Positions 22,497 to 31,804 of a stretch of DNA of 32,000 nucleotides are shown here, piece by piece. The translations under genes and the position numbers were made by a program. Below the pieces are notes generated by a model. The model was not told the origin of the DNA. It ran no database searches and saw only the letters and a list, made by a program, of their open reading frames with translations. Each line of letters opens with the position of its first letter. The first letter of the stretch is position 1. The DNA is from Acholeplasma laidlawii PG-8A. Its GTDB lineage: Bacteria; Bacillota_I; Bacilli_A; Acholeplasmatales; Acholeplasmataceae. Location of the stretch: NCBI RefSeq assembly GCF_000018785.1, contig NC_010163.1, positions 1,200,001 to 1,232,000 on the forward strand. Direction: 5' to 3'.

Positions 22497-24248
22497 TTAG
22501 AAAATTGAATCAATCGTTTGATCAATTAGATGTTTTAACGTGTCAAATTGATCAGTTGGTTCATTTCCGATTTCATATTTCATTTGAATGACTTGATCAA
22601 ATATACCTGATTTTAAGATTAGTGATAAAGCTTTACCTTTTTCAATAAATCTTAATGAACTATCATATAGGTATAAAATGGTTTCAATCATGTTTAATTG
22701 TTTATGTAGTGGTACGAATGTATCCACTGCATTAAATGCATTTTGTTGGAGGAATCCAGTACGGATAACGCGTCCAATTTCAATTGTAAGTTTTTGATTA
22801 TCTGGTAAAACATCACTACCCATTAAACTTGCAATTTCATTTAATTTATATTCTTCAGCTAGTATACTTAAAATTCTACTTCTATATTTTAAGAATTTAG
22901 GATCAAGTGTATTGTCATACCAACTTGATAAATCATAAATATATTCAGAATAACTTAAGTTCCAGTTAATTGCAGCAAAGTGTCTTTGATGCGCTAGTGA
23001 TTTATCAAGTGCCCAAAATGCTCTAACAAAGCGTTTAGTATTTTGAGTAACTGGTTCACTAAAGTCTGCTCCTTGTGGAGAAACTGCACCAATAATTGAA
23101 ACTGATCCCGTAGATCTGTTTTGATTAATCATCATACCAGCACGTTCGTAGAATTTAGAGATACGGCTTGGTAAGTAAGATGGATAACCTTCTTCAGCAG
23201 GAATTTCTTCAAGTCTTGCTGAAATTTCACGAAGTGCTTCTGCCCAACGTGATGTAGAGTCGGCCATAATCGCAACATGATAACCCATATCACGGTAGTA
23301 TTCAGCAACCGTAAGACCAGTATAAATACTAGCTTCTCTGGCTGCAACTGGCATGTTGGATGTGTTTGCAATTAAAATGGTTCTATCCATTAAAGTTTGA
23401 TTGGTTCTTGGATCGACTAACTTCGTAAATTCTTCCAAGACTTGTGTCATTTCATTTCCACGTTCCCCACAACCTACATAAACGATAATGTCTGCATCAG
23501 ACCATTTAGCGAGTTGATGTTGTAACATGGTTTTACCTGTACCAAATCCACCAGGAATTGCAGCTGTACCACCTTTTGCAATTGGAAATAAAGTGTCAAT
23601 GACACGTTGTCCAGTAATCAGTGGTGTAGATAATTCAAGTCTTTCTGTAACAGGTCTTGCTTTTTTAATTGGCCATGTTTGGTATAGTTTTAATTCCACA
23701 TCGCCTGCTTTAGTTTCTAATACTAAAACAGTATCTTTAACTTTATACGTTCCAGAAGGTTTCACTGATTTTGCAATACCTTCTATATGTGGTGGCACCA
23801 TTAAACGATGTTCAATCGCACTGGTCTCTTTAATCACTGCATATACCATACCGCAACCTAAATAGTTACCTTCTTGAACTTTAACTTCGACATCAAATGT
23901 TTGTTCAAAATCCAAACTTGGAATATTAGAACCAGCTTTAATAAATGGACCATCAGAGTCTTTTATTTTTTGAAGTGGTCTTAAAACCCCATCAAAAATA
24001 TTACCCATTAAGCCAGGTCCAAGCATGACTGAAACAAGTTCACCTGTAGGGTAAACTAAGTCACCAACTTTTAAACCTTGTGTGGTTTCATAAACTTGGA
24101 TAACTGTTTCAGTATCAGAAATGGAAATGACTTCTCCAATTAATCTTTTTGGTCCAACATAGACCATTTCTAACATCTTAAATTCGTCTGTAGAACCTAG
24201 TTTAACAACTGGTCCGTTAATTACTTTAATTGTATTTTTCATAAACAT
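22497..24248 (-). CDS. V/A-type ATPase catalytic subunit A
   Basis: Walker A IPGGFGTGKTMLQHQLAKW, YVGCGERGNEM, SMPVAAREASIYTGLTVAEYYRDMGY, MADSTSRWAEALREIS. Confidence 0.96.
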   Translation of the reverse strand: MFMKNTIKVINGPVVKLGSTDEFKMLEMVYVGPKRLIGEVISISDTETVIQVYETTQGLKVGDLVYPTGELVSVMLGPGLMGNIFDGVLRPLQKIKDSDGPFIKAGSNIPSLDFEQTFDVEVKVQEGNYLGCGMVYAVIKETSAIEHRLMVPPHIEGIAKSVKPSGTYKVKDTVLVLETKAGDVELKLYQTWPIKKARPVTERLELSTPLITGQRVIDTLFPIAKGGTAAIPGGFGTGKTMLQHQLAKWSDADIIVYVGCGERGNEMTQVLEEFTKLVDPRTNQTLMDRTILIANTSNMPVAAREASIYTGLTVAEYYRDMGYHVAIMADSTSRWAEALREISARLEEIPAEEGYPSYLPSRISKFYERAGMMINQNRSTGSVSIIGAVSPQGADFSEPVTQNTKRFVRAFWALDKSLAHQRHFAAINWNLSYSEYIYDLSSWYDNTLDPKFLKYRSRILSILAEEYKLNEIASLMGSDVLPDNQKLTIEIGRVIRTGFLQQNAFNAVDTFVPLHKQLNMIETILYLYDSSLRFIEKGKALSLILKSGIFDQVIQMKYEIGNEPTDQFDTLKHLIDQTIDSIF

Positions 24249-24818
24249 CTACTCACTAAACCATTTCGCGTTTTCATAGAAGTATTTACGTGCTTCTTCT
24301 AAATTTGAAGATACAGTTTCAACAACTAAACGGTTTAAATTTTCATTATAAAGAATAAAGCCTGCACGTATATTAGGATTTAACTTCACCTTCAAGTGGC
24401 TTGGTGCAATATCTTTATCTAATGGGTTTAACTCTATCGTATCAAAAGATTTAAGATCATACTTAGATAGTTTCTTCTTAAACCACTTAACGCTTTCTGG
24501 TGTTTTTCTAAACTCTTTTATATTTTCTTCAAGCGTATCAAATAATTCATCAATCAGATGCATTCTTTTTTCCATAACTAAAAGATCAAGCGTACGTTGC
24601 TTAACTGATAGTTCTTCTTGGTATTGTTTGTAAATATCTCTAGCACGACTTGATAAGATATCTAACATTTCTTCTTCAAGTTCTTTTTTGAATTTTTGGC
24701 GTGCTTCTGACTTCATGCCTTCAATTTCAGATCTTAAAGTTTCAATCTCAAGACTAGATTCCTTTTCAATGGCTGTCTTGAAATATTTACTTAGTTCTTC
24801 GTTATTGTTAAATTTCAT
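24249..24818 (-). CDS. V/A-type ATPase subunit E-like stalk protein
   Basis: 189 aa, N-terminal coiled coil, position directly upstream of A. Confidence 0.75.
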   Translation of the reverse strand: MKFNNNEELSKYFKTAIEKESSLEIETLRSEIEGMKSEARQKFKKELEEEMLDILSSRARDIYKQYQEELSVKQRTLDLLVMEKRMHLIDELFDTLEENIKEFRKTPESVKWFKKKLSKYDLKSFDTIELNPLDKDIAPSHLKVKLNPNIRAGFILYNENLNRLVVETVSSNLEEARKYFYENAKWFSE

Positions 24819-24825
24819 GATACAC

Positions 24826-25140
24826 CTACTTTGTTAGTTTTACACCGATTGCTTTAGATACATAATCATCGACACTCTCACCCATATTTGATTGTCCGTG
24901 TCTATCTGGTATTTCTATAAATAATGGGTTTTGATTTCTAAGTTTTAATTCAGATATTAATTCAGGTGCCAGTAAAACGACCTTGGTAGTGAGTAAAACA
25001 ATCGCAATCGATTCATCTTGCGTAATAGTTTTTAATCTCTCAACAAGGTGTGTTTTCTCATGGATGACTTCACCTTCGATGCCTACTAATCTTAACCCGA
25101 CTAATGTGTCTACGTTGTCACTTAAAAGATAAAACCTCAT
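24826..25140 (-). CDS. V/A-type ATPase subunit F
   Basis: FYLLSDNVDTLVGLRLVGIEGEVIHE...IAIVLLTTKV...NPLFIEIPDRHG, typical F-subunit pattern. Confidence 0.88.
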   Translation of the reverse strand: MRFYLLSDNVDTLVGLRLVGIEGEVIHEKTHLVERLKTITQDESIAIVLLTTKVVLLAPELISELKLRNQNPLFIEIPDRHGQSNMGESVDDYVSKAIGVKLTK

Positions 25141-25156
25141 GATAATTTCCCTTTAA

Positions 25157-25609
25157 TTAAGCGATTGCTGGAATCGTATTTAAAATCAAGATAGAAATTA
25201 ACATACCGTAAATCGCAACCCCTTCGCCTAAAGCAACGAAGATTAATGATTTACCTAAGTTTTTTGGATTTTCAGAAATAGCACCAATCGCTGCTGGCGC
25301 TGCTGCTGCAACGGCAATACCCGCACCAAGTGCTGATGCACCAGTTGAGATCGCTGCACCTAGATAACCAAATGCTGCTGCTTGATAGAAAAATCCTGAT
25401 TCAGCTACACCTGGCGTTGCAAACTCAGCTGCAAATGCAAAAGGTGCAATGATTGCTACTGTAAAGAAGAATGTTGCGAATAAACCAATGTGTAACATAA
25501 TTCTTTTTTTAGCTGATAAAGCTGATACTGAACCCTTAAAAACTTTAACTAAAGGTAATGCGATAAAGATTACCCCTAACACGATGATACTTAATAAAAT
25601 CCATTCCAT
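25157..25609 (-). CDS. V/A-type ATPase membrane rotor subunit K
   Basis: GAAISTGASALGAGIAVAAAAPAAIGAISENPKNLGKSLIFVALGEGVAIYGMLISILIL with ion-site Glu in GEGVAIYG. Confidence 0.93.
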   Translation of the reverse strand: MEWILLSIIVLGVIFIALPLVKVFKGSVSALSAKKRIMLHIGLFATFFFTVAIIAPFAFAAEFATPGVAESGFFYQAAAFGYLGAAISTGASALGAGIAVAAAAPAAIGAISENPKNLGKSLIFVALGEGVAIYGMLISILILNTIPAIA

Positions 25610-25621
25610 AATTCTTTCCTC

Positions 25622-27535
25622 CTAAGATATTGGATTAAACACAATTCCGTCACCATCATAGTAACGTGAAAACATTTCATAAAACTCTAATCTTAATACT
25701 TGAATACTTACTAGTAAACCTTCAAGACCCATAACAAATAAGTTACCTAATACTAAGACAACAAGGTTTGTACCACCATTTGCTAAAGTATTAACTACCA
25801 TCATTAACCCCGCATGCACTAAAACGAATCCGGCAACACGTAAGAATGATAAGGTGTTTGTTACATAACTTAATATAATTTCAAACATTTCAAATACTGC
25901 TTCTGTTAAGAATCCACCAACACCATCAGGAAACATTGCTTCCCCATGGAATTTACGTTCAATTGGTTCTTGTAAGAACATCAGTACGACTGGTATACCA
26001 ATGAATAATAGGATAGGTATAATTGAGAACAATCCAGGAATTTGTAACAACATACCACCTGCGATACCAAATAAGATATAACCATAAAATATGAGACCAG
26101 CTAGACCATTAGGGGAAGCGATTGCTTTTGCATATTCTTTAAGTTTAAACTTATAGAATGTGCTTACAAAGATTGACATTAAGAGTAACATCGCACCAAA
26201 GCTTACACTGAGTAACACGAGTGTCATCGTATTACTAGATGACATCGCGTGAAATGGTAGGAAATCTAAGCCTAACCAATCATAAAGTGGCATTAAGAAT
26301 TCTTGGTTACCAAAGAATTCACCATAAATAAGACCGAAGAATGCGCCACTTAAGCCGATTCTAGCAATAATTGGGCCTAAACTCCAATTTTTAAACTTAC
26401 CTAGTAAGAATCCTATGAGTGATAATAATAACCCTTGACCTAAGTCACCAAACATCATACCAAATAATAAGGTATAAGTGATTGCCATAAGGTTTGTAGG
26501 ATCAATACTACCATAGGTTGGCGTACCATACATTTCAACATAAGTTTCAAATGGTTTACTAAACCAATTGTTTTTAAGTTTAGTAGGTGGTGTAAAGCGT
26601 CTATCACTTTGAGCTTCTGATGCATCGACACTTAAGTTGCCTAAACCATCAAATAACTTTTCAAATTGAGACACTTTGTTAGCTTCAACAAATCCAGAAA
26701 TTGACATTCTGTCACCAAGTAACACAACGTGACGTCTTGATTTGTACATGAGATCAATAAACTCTAATTCACCTTTAATGATACCTAGACGTTCTTGATA
26801 TTTTAGTACTAAATCAATTAAGATTTGTCTAAACTCTTTAATCTCTTGTTCGTTTTTCTTAATCACTTCTCTTAATGCTTCTTGAGCATTTTCTGGTGTA
26901 CCATGTACAAAGTCAGGAATGTAAACACGCTCAAAGTATAGTGATGTAAATAAGTTATCAATTTCGCGTTTATATTCATTAGACGTTAAATATAGACACC
27001 ATAACTCTTTAGTTTCTTTTTCTTCCGTAAAAGGAATAAAGATAAATGGTTTATGACTATAATAACTAATACGTTCGATACTATCAAATGGTAGTTTACC
27101 AATACGTACAGTAACAAATTTAGTAGAGAATAAATCATCAAATGATAATTCTAAATCCGCTAAATTTTCTAATTGCTTTAAAGCAATCAATATATTAGAG
27201 TTTTCTTGCTCTAATGCTTTAATATCATCAAATTCTATTTTAAATTCTTGGTGAGATTTTAAAATATATTGATGCATATCATCTAAAGTTGTCTTTAATT
27301 TTCTTGTTTTAACAGGCAGTAAGGTTAAGTTAAGCTCTTCTTCAATCTCATGGATTTGTTCAAGTAACTCTGTTGCAGGGTTTGTACCCTCAAAAGTAGT
27401 TGAACCATGCACAGTACTTAAAATCTTTTGATTATCTACTGGATGGAATCCTGAAAAATCAATGAATCTTCTTAAGACCTCATCGACCATACTTTTATCC
27501 GCTGTTAAGTTGACTAATTTCATTTTTGTTATCAT
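25622..27535 (-). CDS. V/A-type ATPase subunit I (a-like)
   Basis: 637 aa, soluble N-terminal half plus multi-TM C-terminal half with GMMFGDLGQGLLL, LSFLRVAGFVLVHAGLM, EGLLVSIQVLRLEFYEMFSRYY. Confidence 0.94.
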   Translation of the reverse strand: MITKMKLVNLTADKSMVDEVLRRFIDFSGFHPVDNQKILSTVHGSTTFEGTNPATELLEQIHEIEEELNLTLLPVKTRKLKTTLDDMHQYILKSHQEFKIEFDDIKALEQENSNILIALKQLENLADLELSFDDLFSTKFVTVRIGKLPFDSIERISYYSHKPFIFIPFTEEKETKELWCLYLTSNEYKREIDNLFTSLYFERVYIPDFVHGTPENAQEALREVIKKNEQEIKEFRQILIDLVLKYQERLGIIKGELEFIDLMYKSRRHVVLLGDRMSISGFVEANKVSQFEKLFDGLGNLSVDASEAQSDRRFTPPTKLKNNWFSKPFETYVEMYGTPTYGSIDPTNLMAITYTLLFGMMFGDLGQGLLLSLIGFLLGKFKNWSLGPIIARIGLSGAFFGLIYGEFFGNQEFLMPLYDWLGLDFLPFHAMSSSNTMTLVLLSVSFGAMLLLMSIFVSTFYKFKLKEYAKAIASPNGLAGLIFYGYILFGIAGGMLLQIPGLFSIIPILLFIGIPVVLMFLQEPIERKFHGEAMFPDGVGGFLTEAVFEMFEIILSYVTNTLSFLRVAGFVLVHAGLMMVVNTLANGGTNLVVLVLGNLFVMGLEGLLVSIQVLRLEFYEMFSRYYDGDGIVFNPIS

Positions 27536-27543
27536 AAGGACCT

Positions 27544-28575
27544 CTAAAATACCATCATGGTTCTGATTTCACTTTCTGGTACACTGTATCTTATACCTTC
27601 TATTAAGTGAATTAAATTACTTACTTCTAAATCTGATAAGATCATATAACCTAAGAAGACCATCGATGGATGTGTACCATAATACATCAGTTTATTTGCG
27701 ATCTTATATTGCATATGATCTGTAAAATATTCTAAATATATTTGGTCATGTTCACCCACAAATGCTTTATCGCCCATTTCAATGATGCGATTTAAGATTT
27801 GATTTGGATCTTCTACTTTTAGGATTTGATCTAACTTTTCTTCTCCAATGCGATTGGTTGGAATCAGTGTAGATTTAATCTCTAAATTACTTACTTTATA
27901 ATATTTCTTTAAACGATAAATCTTAGTGATGTTTTCAATTTCAATTTTGGATTTGAAAACATCTTCTAATTCTTTTTTACGATTACCTTTGTAATGTTTT
28001 TGAATATGTGTGAAGGCGTAATCGTAATAATCATTTTCAAATAAAGCTTCAAACTCATAATACTTAATATCTTCGTTTTTAATGTTTCTAAAACTCTTTA
28101 ACATCTCTTGATATTTAGTACCTTTTAATGCCTCAACAAATTCTGCTAAATTCTTTGTGAGTGCAATAGCTTCAAAATCAATTTTGGAATACTGGTTAAA
28201 GTAGACCGGTAAATCTTTAACAACATCATATACTTCACTAGAAATAAAACTACGTATCATCGATAAGAGTACTTCATGTTCTTGATGTAGAAGACTCAGC
28301 AAATAAAAAGATTGATCTTTCATCTTTAAGAATTTAATGATACGCATTAAATCATTAAATTTTTGACGACGAATGAGACCTTCAAGTCGACTTCTATTAA
28401 TTGTATTTTCTGAAACCTTACTTAAAATATCTTGATAACCTGGATGTTTCTTCAAGAATGAAGATACATCAGAAAGTGATCTTTTTTTAAGTAGTTCATC
28501 ATAATCACTAGATTTTAAGGCATTCGCACGAATGGTCTTAATCTTAGTAATTAGTGCATTATGTGCGCCAATCAA
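27544..28575 (-). CDS. V/A-type ATPase subunit C (d-like)
   Basis: 343 aa helical protein between I and G in the operon; KIKTIRANAL...YLYY-like layout. Confidence 0.8.
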   Translation of the reverse strand: MIGAHNALITKIKTIRANALKSSDYDELLKKRSLSDVSSFLKKHPGYQDILSKVSENTINRSRLEGLIRRQKFNDLMRIIKFLKMKDQSFYLLSLLHQEHEVLLSMIRSFISSEVYDVVKDLPVYFNQYSKIDFEAIALTKNLAEFVEALKGTKYQEMLKSFRNIKNEDIKYYEFEALFENDYYDYAFTHIQKHYKGNRKKELEDVFKSKIEIENITKIYRLKKYYKVSNLEIKSTLIPTNRIGEEKLDQILKVEDPNQILNRIIEMGDKAFVGEHDQIYLEYFTDHMQYKIANKLMYYGTHPSMVFLGYMILSDLEVSNLIHLIEGIRYSVPESEIRTMMVF

Positions 28576-28889
28576 TTATCTTCACCTAATATAAAATCCA
28601 TTAGTTCTTTTAACCAAACATCTTTATTAGCTTCATATTGCTTAACGATGTTTGCTTCCCTAATGGCATTTTTTTCTTGATATTGAACAAGACGTTGTTC
28701 AAATAATATTTGAGCATCAACCTCTAATTGTTTGGTTTGTTTCTCAAGTTCAAGTAGTTGTTGATTCTTTAAATCAGCCTTCATTTCTTTAAAGGAATTG
28801 AAGAGTTCTTCTTTTTCTCTTTTTAATTCTTCAATTTCTAATCTGGCTTGTTGATCGAGTTGAATAACCTCACGAATTAATGTTTTCAT
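28572..28889 (-). CDS. V/A-type ATPase subunit G/H-like coiled-coil stalk protein
   Basis: 105 aa, almost entirely coiled coil, first gene of the operon, overlapping the C subunit by 4 nt. Confidence 0.7.
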   Translation of the reverse strand: MKTLIREVIQLDQQARLEIEELKREKEELFNSFKEMKADLKNQQLLELEKQTKQLEVDAQILFEQRLVQYQEKNAIREANIVKQYEANKDVWLKELMDFILGEDN

Positions 28890-28982
28890 AGTCTTTTATT
28901 CGCCTTCTTTGCTTACTTTTATTTCTATCATTTATGTTTATGCATCGTTATGTATATGATAGCATAATTTTGTACCTTTTTC

Positions 28983-29011
28983 ATTATAGTCCTATGCTTT
29001 TTAAATTACAA
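28983..29011 (-). promoter_or_regulatory. Promoter of the V/A-type ATPase operon
   Basis: Minus strand TTGTAA - 17 bp - TATAAT. Confidence 0.6.
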
Positions 29012-29022
29012 GGGTAAAAAAG

Positions 29023-29053
29023 ATAAAACCCCGCAACCTAGGCTACGGGGTAA
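29023..29053 (-). terminator. gapA terminator
   Basis: Minus strand TACCCCGTAGCCTAGGTTGCGGGGTTTTATCTTTTTT. Confidence 0.8.
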
Positions 29054-29067
29054 GATCGATTGCTATT

Positions 29068-30081
29068 TTACTTAGTTAAATTAGCGATTTTTGCCATTAC
29101 TCTGATTAGTTGAGCAGTATATGACATTTCATTGTCATACCAACCCATAACTTTAACAAATTTAGCATCTGTCTTTAAGATTTGAGTTGTGTTTGCATCA
29201 TAAACTGATCCAAAATGAGAACCAATTACGTCAGCAGAAACGATTGGATCTGGTTGATATTGTAATGATTCGTTAGCAGCAGCTTTGAAAGCAGCATCAA
29301 TTTCAGCTAATGTTACTTCTTTACCTAATTCAACTGTTAAGTCAACGATTGAACCAGTAATTGTAGGTACACGTAAAGCTGTTCCGTCTAATTTACCTTT
29401 TAATTGAGGTAATACTAAACCGATTGCAGCAGCAGCTCCTGTTGAAGATGGAATAATGCTAGCAGCAGCAGCACGTCCACGTCTTGACATGAAACCTTTT
29501 TTGTGTGGTTGATCCATTAATGATTGGTCATTAGTGTAAGCATGAACAGTAGTCATGAAACCTTTAACGATACCAAAGTTGTCATCTAAAACTTTTGCTA
29601 AAGGAGCTAAAGCATTAGTTGTACATGATGCAGCTGAAACGATTGTTTCAGTTCCATCTAAGATGTCATCGTTTACGTTGTAAACAACAGTTTTAACGCC
29701 TTCACCTGTTGCTGGTGCAGAAACTACAACTTTCTTAGCACCCGCTTTGATGTGTAAACCAGCTTTTTCAGCTGATGTGAATAATCCTGTTGACTCTAAT
29801 ACTACGTCAACACCAAGTGTACCCCATGGTAACTCAGATGGATCTTTTTGAGCGTAAACAGTGATTGATTTACCATCAACTACTAATTTATCTCCGTTTG
29901 TTGATACTTCATGACCTTTGAAAGGACCTTGAGCTGTATCATACTTTAAAAGGTAAGCAAGAGTTTCTGTATCAGTTAAATCGTTGATTGCCACAACATC
30001 AAATGCTGGGTTATCTACCATTAAACGAAACGCAAGTCTACCAATACGACCAAATCCGTTAATTGCTACTTTGATAGCCAT
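29068..30081 (-). CDS. gapA: Glyceraldehyde-3-phosphate dehydrogenase
   Basis: KVAINGFGRIGRLAFR, VSAASCTTNALAPLAKVL and WYDNEMSYTAQLIRV motifs. Confidence 0.96.
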   Translation of the reverse strand: MAIKVAINGFGRIGRLAFRLMVDNPAFDVVAINDLTDTETLAYLLKYDTAQGPFKGHEVSTNGDKLVVDGKSITVYAQKDPSELPWGTLGVDVVLESTGLFTSAEKAGLHIKAGAKKVVVSAPATGEGVKTVVYNVNDDILDGTETIVSAASCTTNALAPLAKVLDDNFGIVKGFMTTVHAYTNDQSLMDQPHKKGFMSRRGRAAAASIIPSSTGAAAAIGLVLPQLKGKLDGTALRVPTITGSIVDLTVELGKEVTLAEIDAAFKAAANESLQYQPDPIVSADVIGSHFGSVYDANTTQILKTDAKFVKVMGWYDNEMSYTAQLIRVMAKIANLTK

Positions 30082-30170
30082 ATGTAATTCCTCCTAATAT
30101 TTTGATTTTTATTCACTACTATTTTATCATAATAATTTTATTATGCTCATATTTTAGGATATTTTCGAAT

Positions 30171-30184
30171 TGTAAACGTTTACT
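30171..30184. promoter_or_regulatory. cre-like / LacI-family operator palindrome
   Basis: TGTAAACGTTTACT with perfect palindrome GTAAACGTTTAC (30172-30183); 13 of 14 positions match TGWNANCGNTNWCA. Confidence 0.5.
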
Positions 30185-30221
30185 TACCATAATCCCCATT
30201 ATTTAAAATTTATTGCAACTA

Positions 30222-30230
30222 TGATATAAT
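30222..30230 (+). promoter_or_regulatory. Extended -10 promoter for the CYTH gene
   Basis: TGATATAAT 22 nt upstream of the start codon. Confidence 0.55.
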
Positions 30231-30251
30231 TATTACAAGAGGTATATTATA

Positions 30252-30809
30252 ATGCACATGAATGTAGAAATTGAATTTAAAACACGCATCACTAAAGAAA
30301 AATATGATGAACTTATTGATATATTTGAATTAGACCAAAATGTTTTCAAACAAACTAACTACTATTTTGATACACCTGACCTTGATTTAAACAAACGCTC
30401 TATGGTCCTTAGAATCAGACATAAAAGAGACGCTTTTAAATTAACGTTAAAGTCTCAAAGTGAAACAGGTTCATTCGAGTATCATGTCTTAATTGATGCT
30501 GAACAAGCTGAAAAGATGAAAAAGGATGGATTCCATACAAAAGAATTCTTCGAACAAATTGATTATCATGTATATTTTCAGACATCATTAGACAACTTTA
30601 GAGCATCTACACCTTACATGGGTGGTATTCTATTCTTAGATTATAATGAGTATTGCGGTAGAACCGATTACGAACTTGAATATGAAGCAGATCATTTTGA
30701 AACTGGTTTAGAAATCTTTAACAAGATGTTACACAAATTCAATATTGAATTTGAACAAACCAAGAGAAAAAGCGAACGTGCACTACTTTGTATTGTACCA
30801 ACTAAATAA
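30252..30809 (+). CDS. CYTH domain protein (triphosphate tunnel enzyme family)
   Basis: N-terminal VEIEFKTRI (ExExK), YYFDTPDLDLNKRSMVLRIRHK, KLTLKSQ, LEYEADHFETG. Confidence 0.87.
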   Translation: MHMNVEIEFKTRITKEKYDELIDIFELDQNVFKQTNYYFDTPDLDLNKRSMVLRIRHKRDAFKLTLKSQSETGSFEYHVLIDAEQAEKMKKDGFHTKEFFEQIDYHVYFQTSLDNFRASTPYMGGILFLDYNEYCGRTDYELEYEADHFETGLEIFNKMLHKFNIEFEQTKRKSERALLCIVPTK

Positions 30810-30819
30810 ACACTTAACA

Positions 30820-30852
30820 AACGTTTAAACTTCTAAGTTTAGACGTTTTTTT
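30820..30852 (+). terminator. Terminator after the CYTH gene
   Basis: AACGTTTAAAC-TTCTAA-GTTTAGACGTTTTTTT. Confidence 0.8.
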
Positions 30853-30857
30853 ATCAT

Positions 30858-30890
30858 AAAAACACCTACTGATATCAAGTAGGTGTTTTT
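30858..30890. terminator. Second, bidirectional terminator-like hairpin
   Basis: AAAAACACCTACT-GATATCA-AGTAGGTGTTTTT. Confidence 0.75.
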
Positions 30891-30926
30891 ACATGGTGCT
30901 ACTTAAGGTTCCCCGCCCTTAAACCA

Positions 30927-31682
30927 TCACTTTTGAATCAACTGGCTAACCTCACTTACGTGATTAGTCTTCGTTGATTGATCTTTCAATATGGCCGAAT
31001 TTAATCTAGACTTTATTTCATTTAACATGTCATCACTAAATATATCTGGTCCATGGGATAATATATCTTTTGTATATTTTATAGTATTTTTTGTCTGCAT
31101 CACAGGTGATGTGCTATCCACTTGGATTTTACTTAACTTACTTCGATTTGAAAAGCTAACCACTGGATAGACTGATTCAAATGGAATGGTTAAATAGTTT
31201 TCTAGTGCTTTATGGTGTGCATAGTTTTGCCTTAACGGATTATAAAACTTATGTTTACTAAAATAATTTAAAACTTGTGTCCAATAGGTATCTAGTTTAG
31301 AACCATAAATATAGCCCCCATAGTTTTTAACTTCGTATACAATTAAACCTTTTTTGCTGACAACTAATAGATCTAATTCTGTATGTGTTGTATTTAAACC
31401 TGGTAAATAAATATTTGTATATATTTCATCTTCTTTAACAAGTCTTTTAAGTTTACGGTATAACCTAAACTCACCCATATGACCTTTGTTAAAATAAGTT
31501 TTGAAAAAGCCATTACCTGACTTCTTCTTATAGCCACTTTGGTAGATAGTTATCACATCATAGATAAAACAAATGATTTTAATTAATAGGTTGATCGTAA
31601 ATATTGTCAGTGTTACAAGTAATGAGGCTACCCCTACAAACACATCTACAATATCTGCTTGTTTCTTTTTTCTTCGTGCCAT
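30927..31682 (-). CDS. NERD (nuclease-related) domain protein with N-terminal TM region
   Basis: GHMGEFRLYRKLKRL...LPGLNTTHTELDLLVVSKKGLIVYEVKNYGGYIYG, the NERD core. Confidence 0.85.
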   Translation of the reverse strand: MARRKKKQADIVDVFVGVASLLVTLTIFTINLLIKIICFIYDVITIYQSGYKKKSGNGFFKTYFNKGHMGEFRLYRKLKRLVKEDEIYTNIYLPGLNTTHTELDLLVVSKKGLIVYEVKNYGGYIYGSKLDTYWTQVLNYFSKHKFYNPLRQNYAHHKALENYLTIPFESVYPVVSFSNRSKLSKIQVDSTSPVMQTKNTIKYTKDILSHGPDIFSDDMLNEIKSRLNSAILKDQSTKTNHVSEVSQLIQK

Positions 31683-31750
31683 CTTTTATGCCCTCTTTTC
31701 AAGTTATCTTTAATCGGTATGCTCATTATAGCGACATAAAAAATAAAAAA

Positions 31751-31778
31751 AAGATGTTGTGACAATACAGCAACATCT
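31751..31778 (-). terminator. Terminator of the gene running off the right edge
   Basis: Minus strand AAGATGTTG-CTGTATTGTCA-CAACATCTTTTTTTTATT. Confidence 0.75.
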
Positions 31779-31804
31779 TCTATATGATTGTGACAATTAT
31801 TCAA

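Noticed and set aside
20070-23865. ORFs 20070-20255 (+), 21839-22048 (+), 23132-23371 (-) and 23527-23865 (+)
   Set aside because: They overlap strongly supported signal peptidase and ATPase subunit B/A genes in other frames.
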